From contig OZ231126.1 in the NCBI GenBank assembly GCA_965153355.1, forward strand, positions 34,720,001 to 34,784,000: 64,000 nt of DNA, read 5' to 3'. Shown in pieces: positions 25,452-42,545 of the stretch (position 1 is the first letter of the stretch; each line of letters starts with the position of its first letter). The stretch is from Flaccisagitta enflata (lineage: Eukaryota). Under the pieces are notes generated by a model. It saw only the letters and a program-made list of their open reading frames with translations, was not told where the DNA came from and ran no database searches. Both the position numbers and the translations under genes were made by a program.

Positions 25452-25884
25452 CTGTAACGGAAGAGGGGGGGGGGTTGAGAAAAAAAAATGGTCATTTTTA
25501 CAACAGGTCATGTGTATTATTTATAGGTCATGTGTATTATTTATAACTAACGACAGAATGTTATTTATCAGTTTGAGATCTATTAAGCGTTATCCTTGGA
25601 ATTGGAATATTTCCAACTAGCATCATTTCTAGTCACGTGCAGACGACTACATCCCGCCATTTCGGTCGGTTGGTCGGTCTGTAACGCTTTGCTTTTTCGG
25701 CGTTTACAGGCGTTCACTGCATCGGTGCTCCTGCCCAAGTGCTTAACCACCCTAGCCACTAGCCCTAGCCACTAGCCACTAGCCCTAGCCGCCCGCACGC
25801 GACTTGGGTGGCCTGTTCTAAACTGATACAGTTTAGTGTTAAATCAATGAACGCATGACAAGTGGAAAAATATCCCTCCTCATA

Positions 25885-26486
25885 CAGTGGGGTTCGTGGA
25901 ACAACAGCCTAAACTGGAGGAAGGTATTTAAGTGTCTTAATTTCATTTGACAAACTTGATATTTGAAATATAAGTTGTTCACTTGATGCTTTTGTCCCTG
26001 AGTTTTTTGGTTGCTATGGAAACCAAAATTATTTTTTCAAACATCTATAACCACTAAAATATCAATATTTCGAGAAATATTGTCAGGGAACATTGCTAAA
26101 AATTAAATTTGCTACAACTTTCCCACAGTATGTTCTGTAAGAATATTGCTCGTTTGGCCGTTGCTAAGGGGCATCACACCTAGCAACCGCTAAATGATGC
26201 TCCCTAGCAACGGCTAAACTAGCAATATTCTTACAGGACATACTGTGGGAAAGTTGTGGCAAATCTATTTCTGAGCAATGTTCCCTGATAATATTTGTCA
26301 AAATATCGATATTTTAGTTGTTATGAATGATCAAACAAATAATTTTAGTTTCCATAGCAACCAAAAAACTCAGGGACAAAAGCATCAAGTGAACAATTTA
26401 TATTTCAAATATCAAGTTTGTCAAATAAAATTAAGACACTAAAATGCCTTCCTCCAGTTTAGGCTGTTATTCCTCGAACCCCACTG
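25885..26486. mobile_element. Palindromic TA-MITE with family E core but different outer arms
   Basis: TA|CAGTGGGGTTCG...CGAACCCCACTG|TA. Confidence 0.88.
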
Positions 26487-26539
26487 TACCCAAACTGAAA
26501 AATATGGAAGAGGGCCTTGTGAGCCCTCACTTACTAGTT

Positions 26540-27352
26540 GGGGAAGGGTGGGGCAAATCGGGCCAGGGGCAAATCGGGCCACTTGTGTATATTAATGTCA
26601 CTTCTGAAATAAATATTAGGACAAAAGAGGTGATGATCCTGCTATGAGTTGCACCAGTCAAGGGGGTTGTTGGGGTGATGTTTCTTCAGAACTGCTGCAG
26701 CAACAGCAGGAGCAGCACAGCTTCATTCCAAACCTACACTGATACGATAACTGATAGGTTGTGATAAACTATCACAACTTCAGTAGTTGTAATTTTGGGT
26801 GACTTTTTGGTATTGGATATGGTGATTAGGTCCAATACCTTACACATCGGATGAATCTTTAATACCAATTTGCTGGTCTTGCTGTATGACAAGATGATCA
26901 ATCAGAATGTGGGGTAAATCGGGGCACCAGGAAATTCCTTTAATTTCTTCGTTGGCAGATTTTTCACGGCTGTGAAATACCGCCCAAGAATAATTCTCAT
27001 TTTCCAGTTTGTAAAATCTAACGAATCTGGCAATTATGTAATTAAATCAAACCCCAACTTAGCTCCTGGCATCCTGGCAAAAAAAATTGGGTAATGTTGT
27101 TAGCCTCTAGAGGAATATGCAAATGAAGTTAGAAGTGGCCCGACTTGCCCCACCTGGGGTAAATCGGACCACATCAAGTTTTTTTTTTTAAATATGGTCC
27201 CCTATGGAGTCCACCTTGGAATTCACTGTATCAGCCTTAAAGCCATTGGTAAATGCTACATTAACATGGAAATCAATTGCTTCAGAGGTTTCATTTAAAA
27301 AATTCCCCAAACAAAAACAGTAAACGTGGCCCGATTTGCCCCATCCCCCCCT
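26540..27352. mobile_element. MITE with subterminal GGGGCAAATCGGGCC repeats
   Basis: Motif present direct at left and inverted at right. Confidence 0.65.
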
Positions 27353-27584
27353 ACGCAATGCATCACTCCTAGTGTACAAATTTGCAAAACTAACTTGGCA
27401 AGCAACCATTCTGACTCTAACCCAAAACACAAATGCTTACCAAATAAATGAGGGCAAATGATATCTGATGGGCATATACCGACAAATAGTAGAGAGAGCA
27501 CAACTTCACTCTGCCTGAGCACAGGTACACAAGAATGCCTGTGCGGAAAATGATTCTACAGCATTACATCAAGTACTAGTGAAC

Positions 27585-27754
27585 CTGATGCGATAAAGAT
27601 TCCATGAAAACTTTTTTTGAGAAAAGTTTCCATTTGGCATTGAGATTTTCCAAGGCGGTGACATTTTGACGAAAAATGTTGAGATCGGGTTGAAGGAACG
27701 ATTGACCAAAGGCTTGCAGAATTTTTACGAATTGATCGTGGTAATGGATTTCTT
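27585..27754 (-). CDS. XPO6: Exportin-6 exon (EEIHYHDQFVKILQAFGQSFLQPDLNIFRQN...ESLSHQ)
   Basis: QAFGQSFLQPD motif; ttttacag| and CAG|gttcac. Confidence 0.95.
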
Positions 27755-28107
27755 CTGTAAAAGAAGTGATATCAGATGGACCTTTACGAACCGTTTCGTA
27801 GTTGATTGCAAACCAAAATTTCATCAACTGCTTTCAAAGGCTAAACTTTCAAGTTTGAAACATGCTACAAAACATTGCTCAGAAGTCAGAATAGTTTTTT
27901 CCACATCTGCTGTGGCAACATTTTCACTGGTGAGTCTTAGACCTGGCAAAAAAAATAAGCAAATTTGATCCTGGGTATTATTCCCGTTGTCTTCAGGTTA
28001 ATTATTCTTCAGCAGCTCTGAACGACCAATTTTTTAAATTTCTACAACATCGTTTATTTCTCATTCATACATTTAACAATTCAAAAGCAACCAAAATTAA
28101 GAATTAC

Positions 28108-28230
28108 CAGAAGGCGGTTCATTTTCTTGGTTCTCCGAAGGACCAGCTTTGTACCGAAAGGCAAGCGGTGTTTTGAAGAACATTCGCCAGTTGTGCAAAA
28201 GAAAACGATGGTAGAGCTCAAATAAAGGAC
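28108..28230 (-). CDS. XPO6: Exportin-6 exon (GPLFELYHRFLLHNWRMFFK...ENEPPS)
   Basis: Hand-translated 123 nt; matches LFELL..LHHNWRYFFK; tcag| and |gtaatt. Confidence 0.92.
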
Positions 28231-28645
28231 CTGAGCAGGGGTCAATCGATGTCGCGTGAGTAAAGTGATATCATTTTTAGCTGCGTCCTCGCATCGCTAT
28301 AAGAGTGTCTGTCCGTCAGTACATCTATCTGTATGTCCGTAACGCATGTTCAAAAACCCCATTTGTTGGCACTTTTCAACCACGGAGATGCCACGTATCA
28401 GATGAGAAGCTTTTTGATATCTTTAGATGCGCCAATACTTCCCTATGAATGGTATGTCCGTCCGTTAGATGGCCCTTCCAACCGTGTATGTTAGGGTTGT
28501 GTGTGTGTGTTAGGGCTAGGGTTGTGTGTGTATGTGGGTTTTGGGTACGTTAGCTTTGAGTGTAAGTGTATGTGAGGCATGTGCGCGCGCGCGTTTAGGT
28601 GTCTGTGCGCAAAAGTCGCAAAATTCCACCGACGAACTGACGTAC

Positions 28646-28825
28646 CTTTCACGAGAGGGGATGGGCGCTGAGCAACGATAGGGTAGATCTCATCCACACT
28701 AAGATTCAGTATGTTTGGCATAAGACTTTTGAAAGTAGATCCAGGCTGCTGTATCACGATTTGTAAAATCTGAAGGAATTTTTCAATGGCCGAGCACCCA
28801 AGAGCGTTTTCACTCATGATGGCGG
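28646..28825 (-). CDS. XPO6: Exportin-6 exon (AIMSENALGCSAIEKFLQIL...YPIVAQRPSPLVK)
   Basis: Matches GCRVVEKFLKILQ...YPIIAERPSPDVK; cag| and AAG|gtacgt. Confidence 0.94.
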
Positions 28826-29307
28826 CTGTGGTTGAAAATGGAATGTGAAACACGAATCATGGGTTACAGAGTTTACGAGCTTTAGTAAGCTTACTGTACT
28901 TTGATAAGGTCCAAAATTCAACGCTTTGTACATTACGTACAAGATAAGAATAATTCAGGGATGTATAAAAAATTGAGTCGCTTTTGAATTTTTAAGTTGC
29001 GGACACGCAAATCTAATAGGCGCTGTTCGTTTGTTCGTTGGTCCGTTGGTCCATCCGTGATGATTGGGTTGAAAAGTGGCGAAACAAGTGTTTTGAACAC
29101 TGTGTGTGGGAGGGATGTGGGGTGGGGTCAGGGTGTGAATGGGGGTTGGATGCCCCTGCCCACCCATCCGCAACGATATCGTGACCCCACGTCACTTGTT
29201 CCCCCACCTCTGCCTTTGATTTTCTTCCCCCAACGGCCCCGACGCGGCGCTTCGCATTTTACAATCTATGATTTTCTTCCCCATAAAACAATAAAACAGA
29301 GTAGTTA

Positions 29308-30098
29308 GGGGGGGTGGGGCTATTTGGGACAAAAAAACAACATTTTTCAAATTAAAAAATTCTAGGATTAAATTGACAAATCGGGACTGGTGCTAAAACA
29401 TAATTAGTTGTTCCCTCGAAAAAGCCAAGTAACAAAAAATTTCCTAGGGGCCCCTTAGGGGCCCCTTTTTTTAGTTGCGGACACGCAACTCTATAAGAGC
29501 CTTTTTCCGTCCGTCCGTCGGTCGGTCCGTCGGTGTCAACGAGTCGAAAAGTGGAAAAACGCGCATTTCCGCCCCTGCCCACCCGTCCGCAACTGATGGC
29601 CGTGTATCCGGCCTTGTTTATACAAAATGCTTGTCCCGAATTACCCCACGGCGGGAAATTCGGGACTTAGAGGTTTTTTTTTTTAAAAATGGCCAAACCA
29701 AGTGAACAATAAGAATGAACTATGTCCCAAATTTCCCGATATTTTAAAAAGCTTACTAAAAGAAAGCAAAAACGCAATTTAAATATTTTTTGTCCTCAAA
29801 GTACAGATAAATGAGTACTTTCAACAACAAAAGTCGAAAAATTGCAATAAAAACTAATTTATAGTAGTGACAGAAAAGTTTGCGTCACCATTAAAAAATT
29901 CAAACCTGAGAGTCCTAGAATCAAAGTGATGCTGCTGCTGCAGCAGCAACCTGAATTCTGCAGCACAACTGCCCCATACCAAGGGTCATAGGTTGGCCCC
30001 ATAACCATTGTTCACTTCCATAAAGTTAAGTTTATATGTAGTCATTTATTCAATTTTGTCCCGAATTGCCCCTGTCCCAAATAGCCCCACCCCCCCCC
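29308..30098. mobile_element. MITE with GGGGGGGTGGGGCTATTTGGGACA TIRs (PIF/Zator-like ends); contains a family C HINE
   Basis: Inverted 24-bp ends flanked by TTA and TAA. Confidence 0.72.
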
Positions 30099-30889
30099 TA
30101 AGGTTTCAATAGTGATAAATTCTGTTTTACAATCCAGTTTTTTTGGGCAGCGAAAATTTTTCTCTCCTTTGTAACCCTCCCCCTCAGGCCCATATTTCAG
30201 CCTCGAGGCCCAAATTCTAGTCTTCAGGCTCAAATCCCTGCCTCAAGGCCCAAATCCCAGCAATGAGGCCGTAATCCCTCCTCCTCTACAACCCCCCCCC
30301 ACCTCTGGGCCCATATCTCAGATTGAAGGCCCATATCTCAGCCTTGAGGCCCAAATCCCAGGCTTGAGGCCCAAATCCCTCAAGGCTGGGATATGGGCCC
30401 ATAGGTGGGGGGGGGGGGGTTCCTAAGGAGAAGGAAAAATTTCTGCATATATGATAAAGCATATAGGGTAACTTCAGCACAGATCACACAAACCATAAAA
30501 CCCTAAAAAATAGATTTTTTTTATTTTTAGTGTAGAGGCAAGTCTTGGAAAATTACTCACAAATCCCAAATTTGTTTGCTCTACGTTGAATATTTTGGGT
30601 TTTACAGGGGTTCAAAATTTTGAAAAATTTGGGTACCCCAAAAACTTTGAAAAGGAATATCTCAGAATGTACAAACAATGTAATTATTTTATTTATGTCA
30701 ATCTTTTAGTATTGATCAAAAGAATCTTATGGAAAAAGAATTGGAATCAAAAATTCATTATTCGGATGTTTTTCAACCTATGCGGGGCCATTTTGGGTAC
30801 CCTTAGGTACCTAGTACATTTAAATTTGGGAAAAAAATATTTGGAATATATACTTCAAGGTTTTCTCTGTCAGATTCATTAATAAAAAA

Positions 30890-34995
<4,106 letters not shown>

Positions 34996-35070
34996 AAAAA
35001 TGTGTGTATTTGTATGCTTGATAGTGAAAAAATTTGGGATTTGTGAATAACTTTTCAAGACCTATCTCTA

Positions 35071-35473
35071 CAGACGTGACCCTAATAAGAGCGGAGGAGG
35101 GACCCAAAGCTTCAGCATCACCCCCTGTGGCTTATATGGCTCAAATAAATTTCTCACTTGTTGTGGCGGAATATACCTTAGGTGGATACAATTGGCGCCA
35201 CTGTGGCAATTTATGAATTTCCATTTAGAACACCCCCAAATTGTCAAAATTGAGGAAAAATTGTTTGATTCTTTTCGGGCCCCGGAGGGTGATTTTGGCG
35301 GAATTTAAGGGTGTTCTAAATAGAAATTCAAAAATCGCTTCGGTGGCGCCAATTGTATCCATTTAAGGTATAAACCGCCATAGCAAATGAGAAGAATACT
35401 TGAGCCATATAAACTGTAGGGGGTGATGCTAAAACTTTGGGTCCCTCCTCCGCTCTTATTAGGGTCCCGTCTG
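35071..35473. mobile_element. Palindromic TA-MITE (CAGACGGGACCCTAATAAGAGCGG)
   Basis: TA TSD; empty site visible in the partner TIR near 30532. Confidence 0.9.
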
Positions 35474-35687
35474 TACACCAAAAATTAACAAAATCTATCT
35501 TTTTGGGTTTTATGGTTTGTGTGAACGGTGCTGAAATTACCATTTAAGTACCCTGCTCCCTCCAACTAAAATCATAACCTACTGAAGCAGGGCTCTAGTA
35601 CCGCTGACCATCCAACGCTTTGGCGACTAGTCTGATTTATTTCTGTCAAAAGTTTTAATCAAAACTCAAGTGACGAAATGAACTGAC

Positions 35688-35868
35688 CTGAAAGTTGTTC
35701 CCTGGTAAAAAGAACCAAAAAGGTTCTTAGCATTTGTTCAATGAGCGGAATACCAATAAGCGCATGAAGACCCTCGACGACAACAAGAAAGAACCCCAAA
35801 GTGGCGTCTGACAACTGGTGGTCAGTAATAACAATCGGAAAGACGGAAATGGCGGCTTGAGTAGCATC
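35688..35868 (-). CDS. XPO6: Exportin-6 exon (DATQAAISVFP...EQMLRTFLVLFTREQLS)
   Basis: Hand-translated 181 nt; matches EQIIQTFLNMFTREQL; tttag| and CAG|gtcagt. Confidence 0.92.
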
Positions 35869-36115
35869 CTAAAAGACGGGTCAATCGGGACATAATTCCA
35901 TTATGTCCAAGTTTTCTTTCCAAATAAAATTCTTTTCACTTCGGCACTTCCCTCACCATCGACTTAGCTTGGTCGATACACAGATTCGTCGGTTAGGCAC
36001 TTTTCTGACACCACTTCACTGACCCTGCCCGACCATGGACAACGTTTTCCTAATCACCATGGCCAGTCCATCCGTCCCCAGAGTGAAAAATTTGGGGCCA
36101 CCCTATCCCGCTTAC

Positions 36116-36221
36116 CCGTATTGATTGACAACATATTTGCTTTGTTCGAGTCCCCTCATTTTCGACTGAATGCACAAGTTCTTTTAATAACTCCAAGGTT
36201 GACAGAATAACTTGACTGTGC
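36116..36221 (-). CDS. XPO6: Exportin-6 exon (HSQVILSTLELLKELVHSVENEGTRTKQICCQSIR)
   Basis: 106 nt; matches GESTKSRQICYQSL; tcag| and |gtaagc. Confidence 0.92.
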
Positions 36222-36392
36222 CTGAATGGAGCAACGAAATCACACATGAGATAATAAACAATTGAATCTAATCACATTAAATACGCAGATACAATCACTG
36301 ATAAAATACGAATCATTAATGATTCCTAAAACTTAAAACGCAGTTAACAGACAACACCCAAATCAGATGTGTCTAGCCCGTATGCGTCTTAC

Positions 36393-36537
36393 CTTTGAAT
36401 GAGCGTTTCGCGGGCGGACTGGAGGCCAGAAGCACACTGAGAACAAGCGGTAGTAAAGGCGTAGGTGAGGTTCTTCATCAAAAGCGCATGCTGCGTCGAT
36501 CGCACGCTCCAATTTTGCTCTCCATCCGGCGCAACTC
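36393..36537 (-). CDS. XPO6: Exportin-6 exon (GVAPDGEQNWSVRSTQHALL...ETLIQ)
   Basis: Hand-translated 145 nt; matches EQQWPVRSINHASL; gcag| and AAG|gtaaga. Confidence 0.88.
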
Positions 36538-36554
36538 CTGCGGTAACCAGGGGG

Positions 36555-37434
36555 TGGTTCCAGGTGAAATCTCAATTACTGAATGGTGAATACCCTAGAA
36601 AAAATCGATTTTGCTCATTTTGGTTTATACTTAATAGTTTTGGGAAATTTTGACCCTCGGGGGTATCACCAAATCTTTAGATGCCATAATTCAGCCATTA
36701 TTTAAGATAAATGGACAATCTTGGTGTCAATCTTCTAGTTTTAACCTGAATAATCTAATTTCCCTAGGGGTGATCACTCCAAGCACCGAGATACCTAGTA
36801 CCTTGAAAAAATATATTAGACAAATTTTCTTCTGTTTTTATTGCTTCATATTCAAGAGTTAAAAAAATCAAGTCTTAACTCCTTTATACCCAAAAAAATG
36901 TCAAAAATGGGTTAAAGGGCCATTTTCGGAAATTTTCAACAAAAAACACCAAATCTATAGAAAAATTGGCCCTGTAACCCATTTTTAAGCACCTTATTTC
37001 GTATCAAGGAGTTGAGACACCATTTTTTACTTTTGAATAAGAAACAAGAGAACCTTTTTTTGAATTTTTTTTTCTTTCAAAATTTGAAAGTTCTAGGCAT
37101 CCCGGGGTGCCTGGAATGACTACCCCTTAGGGTAAAAACCCTAAACCGTTTTTTTTTTGTCCAGATTTTTATTCCAAACAGATATTTCAGGTTAAAAATA
37201 GAAGATTGACACCAAGATCGTCCACTTATCTCAAATAATGGCCGAGTTATGGTTTCTGAACAATATGGAGGAACCCCCGAGGGTCAAAATTTGAAACCCA
37301 AAATATGCATGAATGGGTCCTGAGCAAAAATATTTGGGTTTCGTGAATACTTCCCTAGGGGGTACCTTTGCGCCAAAAATGAACAAAATCGATTTTATTA
37401 AGGTTTTCAGTAGTTGAGATTTCACCTTCAACCA
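36555..37434. mobile_element. ~880-bp degenerate foldback element
   Basis: GGTGAAATCTCAA.TACTGAA ends and internal inverted blocks. Confidence 0.75.
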
Positions 37435-37549
37435 AGGCGAAGTGCAAGCCGAATCAAATCTTTCAAATGCGCTCTCCAACTAGGGGGTCGATCTATTTCT
37501 GTCATGCAAAAGAAATACGTTTAAGTTAGGACAGTGAACTCTCTTTTAC

Positions 37550-37739
37550 CTGAATAGGGAAGAAGCAGATGATTAGAGAGCGACTGGAATATCACCAAAT
37601 ACGTTGTTCTTTGAAGATGATCTAAAGTTCCACTTTCAAGCTGGGTGAAGAGAGATTGGAAGGCGACGATACTGACGAGAGACTGAGGACGAACTGTCGA
37701 CGTGAGTGTTCTTAGAAGATGCGCTGATGCCAAAGAAAC
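37550..37739 (-). CDS. XPO6: Exportin-6 exon (VSLASAHLLRTLTSTVRP...LSNHLLLPYS)
   Basis: 190 nt; matches HLLVSLATTVRP and LSNILLLPW; ctag| and CAG|gtaaaa. Confidence 0.93.
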
Positions 37740-38078
37740 CTAGGCAATGAGACCAAATGACTCGGGGTTACAACATCGGACGGGTAGGCAGGGGCGACAC
37801 ACACGCGGGCGGGTGGGCAGGTGCGACATACAGACAAACTGCATATTTGCAAAGCGCGTTTTCACACTTTTCAACTAGAGCATGACGGACCATCCAACAG
37901 ACAAAGCCCGTTAAAGAATGGTATTAGGCGAGACCAACGGACTGACGATCCGCCGGCGAATTTATTCACTGAAATATATCCAATTTATCCATTTGGGCTG
38001 ATAAGTATTCATTGGTATGTTTGTAAGCCTGATTGTTCGTGAGTATTTATTGGTATGTTTACAAGTCTAGTTGCCTAC

Positions 38079-38294
38079 CCTGTGCGGCGTGTCTTTCTCA
38101 AACAAAGTCACGCTTAATTCGACGCTGCTACGCACGGCTTGTACAAAGGCATCTTCATTTTGAGACGACGTAGGGAGCTGTGAGATGACTTGGAAATGTG
38201 CCAGCCAGGGGCAGTACGCTTGAACGGCCGCCAAAGACTGAGAATGGACCTCCACGAAATCCGGAATAAGGACAGATTCAACGGCAGTTTTGAC
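38079..38294 (-). CDS. XPO6: Exportin-6 exon (VKTAVESVLIPDFVEVHSQSLAAVQAY...DTPHR)
   Basis: 216 nt, phase 0/0; matches TAVPSVLKPDLIDVHAQSLAALQAY. Confidence 0.93.
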
Positions 38295-38474
38295 CTATAG
38301 AAAATGAGAAGTTCATACGCCAATATTTATGCGCTATGGAGTGGCACCACGACGGAAGAGCGACGGTGGAAAGTTTTACTTTACAGTTTACAGTCATGTC
38401 GTTTTTCAAATTCAACCCAAGTAATTATTTTGTCATAGAGAAGGGTTAGAAAATGACATTTTAAATACACTCAC

Positions 38475-38659
38475 ATGATAGAACTTCATCTCCGAGCTAT
38501 AGATGGCGGTCGTTATAATTTTTTGCACAAGAGTCTTGCCATCCTCTATCATTTTTTCAAAGTTTTCACCCAAGAAATGATCCGCCAGTCTACCCAAAGT
38601 TTGAAGCAACGACGAGAGGTCCCGTAAAGAGCAGTGAAGCTTGCGACACTCGTTTTCAG
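38475..38659 (-). CDS. XPO6: Exportin-6 exon (AENECRKLHCSLRDLSSLLQTLGRLA...EMKFYH)
   Basis: Near identity to XPO6 AENDCRRLHCSLRDLSSLLQAVGRLA; tag| and |gtgagt. Confidence 0.95.
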
Positions 38660-39939
38660 CTAAAACAAACAAGGAGTTCTAAATCATAACAACAAAACTC
38701 TCTGTGCACTGAAAAATATTTGCTTTTATCATTTTTTTTTCAATATTTGGCTGCTAAATTCCCTGATGGAAGGGGGAATTGCAAATTATCAGCACCCCAT
38801 CACAATCATGGGCACTAAAGCACCCCTACGGCAGCTGGGAGAATGCAGAGTTAGTGATATTAACACATGGTGTTGTGAAATCAGCGACATTGCTGATTCC
38901 ACCAATGGCATTTAACATAGAAAACATAGGAAAAAAATGTTTTTTCTCATTTTTCTCAAAATACGTCATCTTCAAATTTCTTCATTTTTTCCTCAAATGT
39001 TGCCCCAAGGGTGAGGACCTTTTGGGGAAAAAAAGTTGGGATACTCCTCATCTCAAAACATGGAAAAACAGGGATGAAATTTTTTTGTGTTAAAGTCGCT
39101 AATTTCACAACCATCTGAAACCTCTTCTTACCATGTTGCTAATGTTGCTGATTTTAACAACTGTCCAAGGTGCTAAAGTCGCTGATTTTAACAACATTTC
39201 CCACTTTTGACTCTCAAATTTAGCAAAATGGCACATTTGTGGATGCTGTCGATTCTTAGTTGCGGACATGCAACTATCAGAGGCTTTGTCCATCCGTCTG
39301 TCCGTCATTGGTTCATCTGTTGGTCCGTTGGTCTGTAACGCACAAGTGGAAAAGTGGAAAAACGAGGGTTTTAGATGGTTTTTTGGGTATGTGTGTTGGT
39401 GGGGTGGCATATGATGTGGGTTGGATGCCCACATCAAGCGTCCGCAACGATGTTGTGACCCCGCGTCACTTGTTTTCTATTCATTATAGGTTTCACAAAA
39501 ACAAGGCCGGATACACGGCTACCAAAGTCGCGTGCGGGTGGGCAGGGGCCATATTTAAGGCCACTCCATCATTTGGGCAGGAGCAGTAAGGCCAAAGACC
39601 GCAAAAACCCAAAAAAAGTAAAGTGTGACGAACGGACGGACCGACGAACCGACGGACAGATGGACGGACCGACAAAGCAGGTTTTAGAGTCGCGTAGCAC
39701 GCGACTAAAAAAGTGCTATATCAATCATAGTCGAGGGTTTGCATTACAATTGACTGGACCACTGATCTCATTTTGAGGACTCAGCCTAAACATATCTTTC
39801 AGCAGGTTTATTTCCCCCAGAGATACTTCACTGATAGATGATCAAATGCTACACCTTTTGGCACCATATATTTGAGTTGCTCCTTGAATTTGACTTATGC
39901 TTTTGATCAAGGTGTCAAGGAGAGGCTACGGATCTATGT

Positions 39940-42545
39940 CACGCCACGGGGGAGGCTTTCATAGGTCAGGAAAAAGCTTCAAAATTACAGTCCCCGACTG
40001 GGGACTGTAATTTTTGAAGCTTTCTCGTTGCGTAAACGCAACTCGATGAGATACACGACAAGACAGCAATTTCAAAAAGAAAAAAAAGAAAAAAAAATTC
40101 AATATTGTTTTAATGATGACAAAACTTGATAATGATAACAATAGTCTAAAAATCTAAAAAAAATATTCAAAAAAATTCTTAAAACAATTTTCAAAAAAAA
40201 AATTTTTTTTCAAAAAAAAAAAAAAAAAAAAATTAACAAAATTTTTCAAAAAAATTTTTCAAAAAAATTTTTTGAACATTAAGAAAAAAAATTTTTTTTG
40301 AAAATTTAAAAAATTTTTTTTTTCTTTTTAAATTTTTCAAAAAAATTTAGTGGTCAGAGATGATAACAGTGGTTGAGGATGATGACAGTGGTTGATGATG
40401 ATGACAGTAGTTGAAGATGATGACAGTAGTTGAAGATGATGACAGTAGTTGAAGATGATGACAGTAGTTGAAGATGATGACAGTAGTTGAAGATGATGAC
40501 AGTAGTTGAAGATGATGACAGTAGTTGAAGATGATGACAGTAGTTGAAGATGATGACAGTAGTTGAAGATGATGACAGTAGTTGAAGATGATGACAGTAG
40601 TTGAAGATGACAGTAGTTGAAGATGACAGTAGTTGAAGATGACAGTAGTTGAAGATGATGACAGTAGTTGAAGATGATGACAGTAGTTGAAGATGATGAC
40701 AGTAGTTGAAGATGATGACAGTAATTGAAGATGATGACAGTAGTTGAAGATGATGACAGTAGTTGAAGATGATGACAGTAGTTGAAGATGATGACAGTAG
40801 TTGAAGATGATGACAGCAGTTAAAGATGATGACAGCAGTTAAAGATGATGACAGTAGTTGAAGATGATGACAGTAGTTGAAGATGATGACAGTAGTTGAA
40901 GATGATGACAGTAGTTGAAGATGATGACAGTAGTTGAAGATGATGACAGTAGTTGAAGATGATGACAGTAATTGAAGATGATGACAGTAATTGAAGATGA
41001 TAACAGTAGTTGAAGATGAATCTTGAAATCCATGATGGCAAACCTAAAGAAAAATCAGAATGTAATAAATGAGCAAGTAAAAGAATTCATTAACGCCAAT
41101 CCTCTATATAAATTGCTAAAGTCCTAGTAACATATTACTACATTAATAAGCTAATATCTTATAAATCAGACTTCAGATTTAATTCAAATTTTGCAGGGGC
41201 AGTTTAATTAATATCCTTTACTTGTATACCAAATTAAAAAAGAATTCACATAACTTTGCTACCCTTTGCCTATGTAAACTGCCTAAGTCACAGTAACATA
41301 TTACTACATAAATAAGCTAATATCTCATAAACCAGACCTCAGATTCAACTCCAATTTTGCAGGGGTTATTTACTACCCTCTACTTGTGTACCAAAAATGA
41401 AAAAAATTCTTATACCTTTACCACCCTTTGCCTATATGCAGTTGGACAACATTACTTTATAACCAAAATCTAGAATAAATTGCCTAAGTCCTAGCAACAT
41501 ACTACTACATAAATAAGCTAATATCTCATAAACCAGACCTCAGATTTAAATCGAATTTTGCAGGGGTTGTTTATTTACTACCCTCTACTTGTATACCAAA
41601 TTAAAAAAAAATTCATAAACCTTTACTACCCTCTACCTATGTGACATGTGCAACAATTCATCCTAGAAAACTCATACAATTACCAAAATCAAAATCAAAT
41701 AAAAATCTAAAGTAAACCACCTAAGTCCCAGCTAAATATTACTACAAAAATAATAGGCAAAGGGTAGTAAAAGTTAATGATTTTTTCTGAAAATTGGTAC
41801 ACAAGCTCCCATTGACATAAAAATACCACTGGTGAAGTTTCATGAACTTCTGAGGTCTGGTTCAAAAGATATGAGGTTTTAAACGAACGAACAAACGACA
41901 GACTACACGATCAGGTCCATCTCATAGTCACCAACGAAAACTGTTCGTCGGGGACAAAAATTCTCGGTCATAATGGTGAGTGGTTTCGGCTTCAGGAAGG
42001 CTTACTATATCACTTCATACCAAAACAAAAATTTTTTTGCTTCAAAATTTTTTTTAAAATGCCTTAAAATGCCGTAAAAAGCCGTAGAATTGGCATTTTT
42101 GACAGTTTTTTTAGTGCAAGACCACCACTATGCTCAAAAAATAAACAAACAATGATTATCTGGCATTAAGACACATTCATACATAAATACAGGCCAACCC
42201 GTCATCATTCAGTAACTTTTTGTGCAGTAAGATGCCGTAAAAAGCCGTAAAAATAATATTTTTAACATTTTTTTTATTCAAAACCACCGCTATAGTATAG
42301 AAATGGGCAAATAATGATTATCTGGTACTAAAACACATTCATATCTAAATACACGCCAACCCGACATCATTTAGTATCATTTTATGCCATTTTTACGTCT
42401 TTTTACGGCATTTTTTAAAAAATTTTGAAGTAAAAAAATTTTCTTTTTAGTATGAAGTGATAAAGTAAACCTTCCTGAGGCCCAAACCACTCACCATTAT
42501 GACCGAGAATTTTTCTTGACCTATGAAAGCCTCCCCCGTGGTGTG
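39940..42545. mobile_element. CAC..GTG foldback element with 4-bp TSD ATGT (Chapaev/CMC-like); one-ended copy at ~5160-5446
   Basis: ATGT|CACGCCACGGGGG...CCCCCGTGGTGTG|ATGT. Confidence 0.78.
39976..41955 (-). mobile_element. Full-length HINE family A copy
   Basis: Both termini present and flanked by AAAAA; empty site readable from the partner TIR at ~42500-42525. Confidence 0.88.

Noticed and set aside
27755-27942. Strong alternative acceptor (tttttttgccag at 27943) giving a possible poison extension in XPO6
   Set aside because: Runs into a stop after ~39 codons with no good donor; no evidence of use, and the direct join 28108 to 27754 fits the protein
38779-39093. Duplicated ORF also seen at 46846-47184
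   Set aside because: These are the two TIRs of the 8.3-kb element; no protein features
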